64,000 nucleotides of DNA, taken from Octopus vulgaris. Its lineage: Eukaryota. The position numbers and the translations under genes were made by a program. This document shows, piece by piece, positions 49,401 to 61,220 of this stretch; positions within the stretch are counted from its first letter, which is position 1; every line of letters begins with the position of its first letter. The stretch is from contig OX597829.1 of NCBI GenBank assembly GCA_951406725.2, positions 52,390,001 to 52,454,000 on the forward strand, written 5' to 3'. Under the pieces are notes generated by a model. It did not search any database. It was not told the origin of the DNA and saw only the letters and a list, made by a program, of their open reading frames with translations.

Positions 49401-52400
49401 CAAAGCTGTGCTATGGAACTGAACTAGAAACCACATAATTGTTAAGGGAGCTTCTTGATTGTTTGTTTGTTTTTTCTTATACAAAACACATTAAATACCG
49501 TTTAATATTTTCTCATGTTGTACAGATAGAAATGGTAGTGCGCTTGTAAAGACAGCAGAAACAGTGGTGGTGTCTGAATTGGATGTCATTGGCAATTCTG
49601 CAAAGTCAATCGTGATTGTCCAACTTTATTTATTGTAAACCTCCATTTAATAAAATAGACTGCTACATATACAAACATGGAGCTTTACATAATCACATGG
49701 ATATGATCATGTATATCAATGTGGAATCCACCAATCCAGTTGCTAACTGTTTCATTTTTTTTTTTTTACACTCACATTCATTATTGAGATATTCTATTTG
49801 CTCTGGGTTGAAGTATTGGACAGCTCCATGTCAAAATATCCAACTCATGCCAGCATGAAAAGCAGACATTAAACGATGATGATGGTAGTTGGTGTTTGGA
49901 ACAAATTAACATAAAATTTTGATGGGGGATTATAATTTAGATCACTTAAAAACAAATAGTGAGTTTCTGTCATGAAAGTAGGAACAGTCTCAGGTAGGTT
50001 GGTATTAAAAGGGTAAATAGTTTTGCATTGCATGTATTTGGTCCTGTAGTGTGGCCTTTGTTTGCAGACAAGCTTTCCTATTGCATTCATTGTTCTTATC
50101 ATTTTGATTGGCACCAAAGACTGCTCTCTTATTATCATCAACTACTTAATTTGAGTGTTGTTCTTATCAAGCCAATCTTTGTTTTGTAAGACCCAAGTAC
50201 CCTTGACAAGCTGTAGATATCTCTGCATTTAGAGTGAATCATATCTCGATAGTCACAAGTTAGATGGGTGATAGTTTATCATCTAGAGACACCGCTGAAG
50301 TTACTCTACCTTTACTGGATCTGAAAAAGATTCGGTGTTGATTTTCTGTTGACATTGTTTTTGTTGTCGGCATCACTTTGCCATAAATTACTTAATACCA
50401 TGTTGGATAGTATTTGGAGGTGATCCATTGAGTAGTTATTGGCTCCTGTTATTTGCATATAGTTGTGATCCATGGGTCTGAATGATGCCAATACTTTATG
50501 ACAGAGGCTTCTAAGGAATTCCTGGTAGCCTCTGTGATAAAGCACTGCCTTTTTTTCTTGTTACAGAATAGTGTGCTGGTGACTACTAGTGTATTTATAG
50601 CTGTTTTAGTTTCATGTTGATCCTGATTGAGCAGGTCTATAATCATCAAAAACGTTTCAGCCATATTTTTGGATACATATCAAGGCATACAATGTCCAAC
50701 ATGTCTTTTAAGATATTAAGGTGTGTGTGATTTGAGGAAGATTCAGTCGCTATTTCTGGTGGGGTCCAACGACCATATAGAGGTGCCTGAACTAGCTTGT
50801 TGTACCTGTGAGGTGTCTGTGAATTTTCATTTCTGAATTGCTCCTAACCTCAGCTTTTCCAGTGCATCTATTGGTTGCACTTAAAGTTCTGCAAACAAGA
50901 AAAGGAAATAAGTGAGTAAAGAACAAAGCGGGACCGAGGGACATGTTTGTAGACAGATTTAGCACTTGTCAGTTTGGAAAAGTAAACATATAACAGGAAA
51001 ATAAAACATGAAAGGTAATGATTGTTTAAATAGTTTTGTTGAATTTCTTGGCTTGGAATTTAGAATCTATTTGTGTGTTTGTTGCTTTTTAAAATTGTTT
51101 TTGAAAAACATTTCCTTTTTTTTTTTTTTTTTTTTTTCACATTAAATAAAATAACACTGATGGTAGTCGTTGATTGAGCAAGGCATATGGCAGAAGACCA
51201 TTCAGCTATGTCTGTCCCATCACTTTTTTTTATTATCTCAGATGTATAGTAAATTTAGTGCTTTATGCTTCATGCACCAAAGTTTCCCCATGAGACCTTA
51301 GAACCTCTCCTAGCATGAGCACAAGATCAAAGAGGAGATTTATGGACACATACCACCCATCTCTACTATTGTTGCTCAATAGGCTTTGCTGGCTGCCACT
51401 GCTACTGCTGCTGCTCTCATGTTGAACACCAGGTCATATTGGATATTATATTTTGGAAACTTCCAATCCCTAATAGCAGAAAACCACTATCATCAATACA
51501 TTGATGTTATTGACAGACATATAAACTTGAGGACTTACCTAACCTGATGAGGGATAGTTTCCTGGTGTGGCAGTATAAAATCTTAGTGGGTGTATGAAGA
51601 GGAACCTAGAACTATATTATCTAATAAGTCTTAATTAAAAAGATTTAGTGGGATTTCAGGGAAATTTGGTTGCTATGTCTTGCAGTTATTTTGACTGATA
51701 TTTTTATTTGGTTCAGTATTATATGAACATAAATGCAGTTGGTATGATACACATATATATATAAAGCTCTTTTTTTGAGTACCTGTTCTTTGAACTTTCA
51801 ACATGAAACTTCCCCAAAAACCATTGTCAAGATCCAGAGCAAATCACAGAATGTCCTCGACTAGCTTATGGAAAAATGACTTCCAGACTGATTCCAAATG
51901 TGGCAGGACTGCTGGGAGAGGTGTATTGCTGCACAAGGTAGCTATTTCAAAGGAGATGATGTAAAAACTTAGGTAAATAAGTTATTTTATATTAAACATA
52001 ACTAGCCTGAGAACCTTTTATTACCCCCTTGTATGGTTAGAACCCAAGCTGTACCCTCTTGAAGCACATCTGCTTATTGTACTTTATTTGATTCTCTGTC
52101 TGAAGAATTTCTAATATGTTTGTCTTGCATGTACAACTTAGTAATTCCTCTTGACAAATGAAACATGTGTAATGGTGAATAAATAGTAACAAAAACATTT
52201 TTTCAACTCTGTTATATATGTGTATTCTGTGTCTGTGTGTGTACTCTGTAAATGTACTCTGTGTAATCTGTCTGTGTACTCTGTGTGTATGTGTATACTC
52301 TGTGTGTGTCTTGTTTGTTTGTTGTGTGTGTTTATTGTGTGTGTGTTTGTTGTGTGTGTGTTTGTTGTGTGTGTACCGTATGTGTAGTGTGAGTGTACTG

Positions 52401-53565
52401 TGTATGTGCGAACTGTGTGTGCTTTGTAGTGTGTGTGTGAGTGTGTGCATTCACATACACACTTATGTGTACATATAAATACAAACTGATATTTGAACCA
52501 CCTCCACGACTTTTTTTTTTTTTTGTAATAATAGATTTCTTTCTGTATTTTGGATTGAGTCCTTTGGTCTGTGTTTCTTATTTATCACTAAACAACCCTA
52601 GCACACACACACACACACACACATATATATAATATATGTACATATATGTGTATGTGTGTATGCGTTTGTGTACAGGCACACACCCACACATGTATAATTA
52701 GAATTAATTGTTCTAAGCTCAGTCTATAAGTAGGTACTTTGCAGTGGTATAGCTTGTTGCGATCGCTATTAGATCAGTGTGTAGTAGCTTCACTAGCATG
52801 TGTTATTGAGTCCAAATACTTGCGTGAGTGAGTGAGAGAGAGACATGGTCTGTCAAGGTAGGCTTGACCTTGATTACGCTGCTGTTGTCAAGACAACATT
52901 TTCATGTCCGCGTTATCATCTATGATTCTGTTAAGGAACTATTCACATTATATATAAAATCAGCTGTACATTTCTCTGTCTCTCTCTGTCTCTTTTTTTA
53001 AATAAAAGAACATGTGTGTGTATGTATATTTACACGGACACTTGTGTGTGTATATTGATTATGGAAGTATATACCTTTGTAATGATATAATTTTCAGAAA
53101 ACTCATCTGTATGTACATACATCCACACATAGACACACTGAAAATAAACGCAGAATGCAAAATGAAAGCCAAGATCTTTTTAATTTGTTAGAAAAAAAAA
53201 AAGAAAAAAATAGAAATCGATATTTTGTTATTTTACAAGATAGAATATATCTGTGGCTGAGAATGTGTAACTATTACAGAGAATAGCCATAAAAGATATT
53301 TGTTTATTATAAACCTTAATTTATTGATTTCTGCTAATGCAACTACTTTATCAGCTGTCATTGGCTCAATCTGTTTATGTGTGTGTGTGTATATATATAT
53401 ATAATTTTTTTTTTTTATGTAAATCTTCTCTCTTTCTCTAATAAGAGCAGTTGAGTGGATATAAATATTATAAATTCCTTTTGAAGTGCTTGCATTTTTT
53501 TTCTAGCATGACTGACAAAAACTAATGGAAAAATATTTCTCCCTCCCTCTCTCTCTCTATGTGCG

Positions 53566-53602
<37 letters not shown>

Positions 53603-56600
53603 GTATTTATAATCTATCCTTCATTATGTTGTCAGCACTGAGAATACTATCTCATTCCATGGCATTTCCTTCTAGCGATTTGTTTTTTTTTTTTTCTTCT
53701 CTTTTTGTATGTGTGTGAAAATGCGTAATGTCTTTCACCATTGGTAACAAGCATCTGTTTATTTGAATTCAATGGTTTCATCGTGACCTTCCATAAAAAT
53801 CGAGAGTGATAAGTGAATGGCCTGGTAGGAGGGATGACAGCTATTCACATACATGCACACTGGCTATTCCCTGTTATTTTCCCCCCAGCTCATTTTTGTT
53901 TAAATTATGAAAATGACCTGGGCTATAAATTCTTTTTTTTTTGTATTCTCTTTTTCTGTTTTTTTTTTTTTGGGGGGGGGGGGGGTTACACTAGATAAAA
54001 GACAGTTGTCATGCTGATGTTTATTGAGTCAGAAACACATGCCCCCATGACTGTCCAGCTGTCCTCTTATCTCCAGACAATAAGCATATCCTTTTCCTGA
54101 ATGGTATGTAAACTTTGGAGAATTCTTGAATGATGAGATTATCTCCCTTTCTCAAGAGGAACAGGTCTTAATTGGCATTTGGTAATTATGACGCATCCTC
54201 CAGATCAGCGTTTCTAAACCATCTTTTTTTTCTTATCTATGGGCCCCTTTGATTCCCATTTTACTTGGATGCAATCTTATAACCATTCAGTGTTTAAAGA
54301 ATCTCATTTTTATAATTAAATATTTAGAATTTTATTTTTAAAAAAATCAATATATTTTGTGTAATGCAGAAGTAAAACAAATTTATTTTGCATAAATTTT
54401 AACTGCAAAACTTAACATTGACACTCAGTGATTATATGGACCTCCTGATAAGAGGCAAGAAAATCTTTTCAATAAATCAAGAATTTATGTTGTATGGTAT
54501 CTCATGTACTTGTATTCATTTGTGCTGTGCCATTCAACAGATCCATACTTCATGAACTTTCATCGGAACTTAAATTTCAAAAGAACCTGATTGTTTTCAT
54601 TGTTGAAAAATATTCAAAGAAGGAACAACACACTGCTCTCAGTTATAGTTAGCTGTCAGTAGCACTGTATGTAAATCCTCCTGTTTTTGAAGAAGAATCA
54701 GTTTCACCTGGTTAATTTAACCAAATTAAACTTTAATACACCTGGGCAACGGCACGGTTGAATTTGTGTAACCCTTTAGTTACTGTATTTATTTTGAGAT
54801 GCTCTGTGTTTCTTTCAATTAATTTTAAATATAACAAAGAATTTAGTAAAATAGATTACTTATCATTCAGCTAGTGTTAAGAACATAAACTGTGACTAAG
54901 GTTTGGTGAAAGATTTTAATTCAAAACATATGAAAACAAGACATTTGTTCTCAGAGCCAGAGCCGGTTTCAGCTGGGTTGGTAACGAAAGAGTTGTGACA
55001 TATGATGGACTTTAGAGAAAGAAAATCTCCTTGCGAATATCGCGCTATAAAAAGGTATATCTAAAAGTATTTGTCTAAAATTAAAATGAACATGCAGGTA
55101 CAGGTGTGGCTGTGTAGTAAGAAGTGTGCTTGCTTCTCAATCACGTTGTTCCAGGTTCAGCCCCACTGTGTGGAACCTTGGCAATACCATCAACTAACAT
55201 CAGCTGCTACAACCATTAACAACACATGAACACAAACAAACATCAACAAAAATGCCGGCATAACTAACAATCAACTCCAGCTGATATGTGTCTATTTCAC
55301 CCATCATGGATTTCTCAAGTGCTTTTGAAATAAGTTTACCCCCCCCCCCTTCTTTTTATCTTAAGTGAAGTTACTACAATTTGTTTCAATTGATATTTTT
55401 TGTTCATTTCTTTATCAATATTGCATTAATAGTATGAAGTAGTGGTGATTTTGATACTTGCAAATCTTTTAACAGGTTGTGTGACTTCTTATATTCAAAT
55501 AAAATTCCTGCCCTCTTTTTAATATCCATAGATGGTTCCTATATGGTAAACTCATACTGATAGAAGCAGCATCAAAAATTCTCAAATAGGTGCAGCATGG
55601 CTGTGTGGTTGGAAGCTTGCTTTGTAACCACACAATCCTCAGTTTAGTCCCACTGTGTGGCACTTTAGGCAAGTGTTTTCTACAATAGCAGGGTTTCTCA
55701 ACCACCTTTTTTTTTTTTATCTATGGACCCTTTTGATTATTATTTTATTCTGGTGGACCCCTTAGCCATTCTATGTTTAAAAACTAGTTTTATAGAAACC
55801 TCTTCCAAAATTCTTATTTTGTTCTTCACCCATTAACTTGTGTAGGTCGAACAAAGTAAAATGGTAGAGAAAGAAACCCAGCTGTTTCTTGAAATACTTA
55901 TTTACTAAAACAAAATTTTTTTCAGTCCCTTAAGCTACTATTGTGGGTCCCCAATTTGCTACTTTGTTGCATGGACTCCTCCAAAATCTTATATGGATCC
56001 CAGTTGAGAACCACTGCACTATAACCTTGGGCCAACCAGAGCCCTGTGGATGGATTTGATAGACGGAAACTGAAAGAATCCTGTTGTGTAAATACATCTA
56101 TATATCTATGTGTGTCTCTATTTGTGGGGTCAATTCAGTCAACTAAAAATTCTTCAAGACAGTGCCACATTATGGCCTTAGTTTAATGACTGAAACAAGT
56201 AAAAGATAACTCATACCCTACGAGATTAGAAAGAAAGGATACCACTCCACTTAGCTGTTGTAGTTATTGGATGCTTCTAAAAAAAAAAGAGACGGTTGTA
56301 GTTGGAATGTCTGTTTGATCTATGTTCTATGGCTAAAGAACAACACTTGTGAACCCTATTTCCATTCATTGCCCAGAAACTTTTATTATTTTTACTCAAA
56401 TATTTTCTTGATTTGATTCTCTAATTTGTTGCTCTTTTAATGAGGATTGATAGTCTATTAACTTTTGTTAGGGGTTAGAAAATTTCTAAACTTTGATCTA
56501 TCAACTATTTTCAATTGATTAGGGTCTTGTTGAACTTCCTTTCTGTCATATTGTAGAGTTTTTCACTGGGTGGAATCTTAGATCAACCAGTGTTAAAAAA

Positions 56601-56922
56601 GAAAGGTGGCAAGCTAACAAAACAAAGAACTAGAAGAAATACTACTAACCATTTTGAGTTCAAATCTTGCTGAGGTCAACTTTGCCTTTCATCTCTTTGG
56701 GCTTGTTAACATAAAGCACCAGGCAAAAACTGGAGTTGATGGAATTGGCTTGTTCCCTTCCATAAAAATTTACTGGCCTTGTACCCTGCAATGAACTGGC
56801 ATCCTGTTCGGGTGAATGTTATCATCTTGGTCACTTACAGGCTATGGCAACCAAGAAAAGAAAAATAACCTACTCATGAAAGGGTATAGTTTTGTGGTTA
56901 AGGTTTTTTTTTTTTTATATTA

Positions 56923-57174
56923 ACAATTCTATAAATAATAATAATTATATTTTATAAGCTTAGAGCTTATAAGCTATCACTGTGAATTAACTAAAGAAAA
57001 TAGCCTAATATTGGGGCATATTGATGCAAAAATGTGGATTTTCTGTACAGAAAACCCACTTTTTTTCTCCATTGAGGGCTTATATGCTCCAATATTAGAC
57101 TATTTTTTTTAGTCAATACACGGTAATCGCTTATAAGCTTTAAGTTTATAAAATATTATTATTTACAGAATTGT
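56923..57174. repeat. ~250-bp imperfect palindrome
   Basis: Arms 56923-57021 and 57081-57174, with a palindromic centre AAAAATGTGGATTTTCTGTACAGAAAACCCACTTTTT. Confidence 0.85.
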
Positions 57175-58160
57175 CACTCATCACCACTTCTCAAATCATT
57201 GCAGAAAACGCATATTAATACGTAATACAGTGTTATAATAAAATGTATATTACTCCATCAGGGATGAGGCTAAATGTCTGAAACCAGTAATTAGACTTTC
57301 TTCATATTCTGCAGTGTGAGTCAGAATAACGATTTCCTCAGATGTTCAAATGACATCATTTCGGAAATTTTATGTCTCTTTCAACAACAACAAAACAAAG
57401 ACCACAGTATCACACTTGCCAATTAAATCTTCATTGCATAAATTCATTTAGGAAGGACTTATTCTATAAAATAGTAACATCTGGTGATTTTTTTTTTTTC
57501 CCAAATTAAATTGGAATGATTTAGGTGATGAAAGATTGTCATCTTTGCAATCAACAATTACTGGGAACATCCCGCTTTTATGACCTTGAATATAAATGAA
57601 TATTAATTAATTGGAACTGAAATCCATGAAATGTTATTTTGAAGGTACAGGTATGGCTGTGTAGTTAAGAAGCTTGCTTTGCAACCACGTAGTTTCAGGT
57701 TCAATCCCACTGTGTGGCATCTTGGGCAAGTGTTGTCTACTATAGCCTTGGGTTGACACCAATGTCTTGTGAGTGAATTTAGTAGATGGAAACTGTCTGG
57801 AAGTCTGCAACACTTTGTGCGTGTGTGTGTGTATTGAATTTTATCATTTCAGTCATTAGACTGCAGCCATGCTGGAGCACTGCCTTGAATATTAGCTGAA
57901 TGAACTGATCCCAGTACATATTTTTTTAAAGCCTGGTACTTGTTCTATTATTCTTTTTGCTGAACTGGTAAGTTATGGGAACATAAACACACCAACACTG
58001 GTTGTCAAGAGATGGTGGTGTGGGGACATACACACACACACACACGCGCGCGCGTGCCCTTAGCTTCTTTCAGTGCTTCTTTTGGTTTCTGTCTACCAAA
58101 TCAGTAGATGGAAACTTTGGTTGGATTGATGCTTTAGTAGAAAACATTTGCCCAAGGGTT

Positions 58161-58694
58161 ATGCCTAGGGTTAAACTCAACTCCCCTTGTCAGCTTATGA
58201 GATTTCCATTGAAATCATACACTGATTTCATAAATGGTAAACGAATAAAATTATAAACAATATGGGTGGCTAATTCGCAATTTTACAACCTAAAGGCAGG
58301 AATATATACATTCCTAAAGTAAAAAAGGGCACTACTCAGCACCTGTATTGCTAGAAATAAGAGTCAAAACAACTGAACAACCACAGAAACACTATCTTAA
58401 TGACTGACAAGAGAGGAAGCTCCCTACAGTCGCAGATGTAGCCAGATCATTGATGATTTCGCATTTTGATGCTTAACACATCTTAATGCTCATCAGTGGC
58501 TCTCACCATGCCTAGGGTTAAACCCAGCTTGCCTTATCAGCTTATATGATTTCTGTTGAAATCATACACTGGATTTCATAAACAGTAAAAGTGAAAATTA
58601 TACATAATATGGGCGACTAATTCACAGTTTTACAACCTAGTGATGTACATATTTCTGACTTTAGGTTATAAAATTGCAAATTAGCCAGCTATAA
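58161..58694 (-). mobile_element. Retrozyme/Penelope-like element: 347-bp monomer present as a ~1.4-mer plus an inverted fragment
   Basis: Direct repeat 58161-58292 / 58508-58639. 58643-58694 is inverted relative to 58260-58311. One HHR per monomer. Confidence 0.7.
58440..58501 (-). ncRNA. Type I hammerhead ribozyme
   Basis: Minus strand: AGCCA-CTGATGA-GCATTAAGATG..CATCAAAATGC-GAAA-TCATCAATGA-TC-TGGCT. Intact core, AUC site. Confidence 0.9.
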
Positions 58695-59905
58695 TATATA
58701 TATATATATATGAATTATGTAATAGAACAGCTCTAGGGTAATATTGTTATCTTTATAACATACTTAATGTGTTGTTGAAAATCAGAAACTGCAGTTTTTC
58801 AACTAAGAAAAATCCCATTACAGATGTTTCCTTACACATGCATGCATGGAAAATGGATGGCAAATGATGATGATACATAATGTGTTAAAAAGAGCCAGGT
58901 GAAATGAAATCATTGCAGAAGAGACTGAGAGAACAACAGATACATGTTTAACCATTTTTGAGGCTTGTCAATGTCATATACTCTTTGTCGCTTCCAAAAC
59001 AAGACTGAATCAGCCAGTTTGAAGTATACGGAGATAGTGTACAAACTATACACTGGCTTGCATTGGTGCCAGAAAAGCAGAATAAAATTTGAATTATACA
59101 ATAGCAGCAGCTATATTTGTGTATGTGGGTGTGTGTGCATGTCTGTCCCCACTTGTCTCCCCATTACTTGACAATTGGTGTTGGTTTGCTTAAGTACCTG
59201 TTACTTAGCAGCTTGGCAAAAGAGACTGATGGAATAAGTACTAGACTTAACAAAGAAGTTCTGTGGTTGATTTATTCAACTAAACCCTTCAATGTGGTGC
59301 TCCAGTATGACCACAGTCCAGTGACTGAAACAAGTACATGATGAGGTGCCATCAGTTGTTATTCAGCCCCAGATCAGCTCTGAGCGAGCACACCTATGAT
59401 ATATAGCATTACTTTTACTATAAGAATAGAATACCTTGGATTACGTTGTTGAATATGTTGTCTTTTTAGGAAGGTAGTGTGTGGCTGGAGGAAGATTTGT
59501 GTGCTATTTGTAGTAGGTCAAGTGACCATATGAAGGCTCCCCTCATTGGTTTGTGAAATCATCTGTAAATCCAGACAGTGGCAAATATTTGTTTATGAAT
59601 ACAAAATTTCAGTGGGACATAATTGATTCAATTCGCCCCAAGTTTGCTCAGATGGCATCGTTGTTTGAAAGTATTTGTTTTTTGAGTCCCATTGGGAATT
59701 TGCTCATCTTTGCCATCATCAATTTAACATCCACTTTTCTATGACTTCATGGTTTGGATGGAGTTCATTGACCAGACTTCTCCTCTATGGTTGCATGCCC
59801 TTCCTGTTGCCAACACTCACCTGTTTCCAGGCAAGTTAATATTTTCCCACGACCAAACAGGTATGTCTTCATAGAATATTGTAAATGAATGATATTCATT
59901 TACAA

Positions 59906-60223
59906 CAGGGGTTCTCAAACCATTTTTTTTATCTATGGACCCCCTTTGATTGCTATTTTATTCTGGTGGACCCCTGTAGCCATTTGATGCTTAAAAACTA
60001 GTTTCATAGAATGTTATTTATTAATGTTTTCACACATTAATTTGTGTGGGTTGAACTGTGTAAAATGTCAGAGAAAGAAATCTCTTTCTTGCAATACATA
60101 CCAATACATATGTCTAAAGCAAATTTTTTTTCAGCGGCCCTTAAAATATTGTGGGTTCCTGATTTACTATTTTGTTGTATGGACCCCAAAAATCTGATGT
60201 AGGACCCTGGTTGAGAACCCCTG
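59906..60223. mobile_element. hAT-like MITE
   Basis: CAGGGGTTCTCAA ... TTGAGAACCCCTG; perfect 8-bp TSD ATTTACAA. A sibling at 55689-56016 is nested in SINE-A. Confidence 0.9.
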
Positions 60224-60927
60224 ATTTACAACATCACATGATGTCATGACAAGTAGACTCAATACACACACACACACTATGCTACAAGCATTTGCTGGTA
60301 GGCTTCTATTTGAAGTGGCGGAAAGAGCTTTCTCAAAGTGCCGGGTATTAAAATTTGAAAGTCATGGAAAGCTAACTCACTTCCAATCCCATCTCCTAGG
60401 AGTATGTATATATATACATACATGATAGGCTTCTTTCAGTTTCTCCCTAATCCACTAACAAGGCTTTAGTTGGTCTGAAACAATCATAGAAGACACTTGT
60501 ACAAGGTGCCATGCAGTGGGACTGAACCAGGAACCATGTACTTGCAAGACAAACATCTTAACCACACAGCCATACCTGCATCTTCAGAAAACAAAATGCA
60601 AAGCATATTGAATTTCTTGACATGCTTGGATTACAATATCATAACTGTGTCCAAAAGCCTTAGTCAATCAATGTTCAGTCACCCAACATAATTCTTGGAA
60701 CGTACCGCTATCTACTTAAGCGTTGGAATCTGTGTAATATATCGTTTCAGAATGTTTATCAATAAATATTCTATAGATAGTGAAATATAATCATAGTTTG
60801 TTTGTTAATATTGATTAAAAGGAAGAAGAAATCAGATGTGCTCTAGGGCATCAGATTTGATTGTTACTCATTACTGAAGCAGAAATTAAGTTTACATTGG
60901 ATAAAACGCAACTCGTTCTTTTATCAC

Positions 60928-61011
<84 letters not shown>

Positions 61012-61023
61012 TGTCTGTCTGTC

Positions 61024-61069
<46 letters not shown>

Positions 61070-61171
61070 ATTTATAATGGCAATATTTATTGATTTTATA
61101 TGAGAAGCACAAGAATTAGAATATTACAAAAAATTTGTTTCTTCATTTCTGATTTAGCTCAGTTAGAAAAT

Positions 61172-61220
<49 letters not shown>

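Noticed and set aside
49526-49640. Possible internal exon after TTGTACAG (RNGSALVKTAETVVVSELDVIGNSAK)
   Set aside because: No clear donor, phase incompatible with the MSE exon, and no recognisable homology.
50861-52862. Possible alternative first exons ATGAAAG|GTAATG (~51008) and ATGGTCTGTCAAG|GTAGGC (~52845)
   Set aside because: Short motifs expected by chance; cannot be supported without transcript data.
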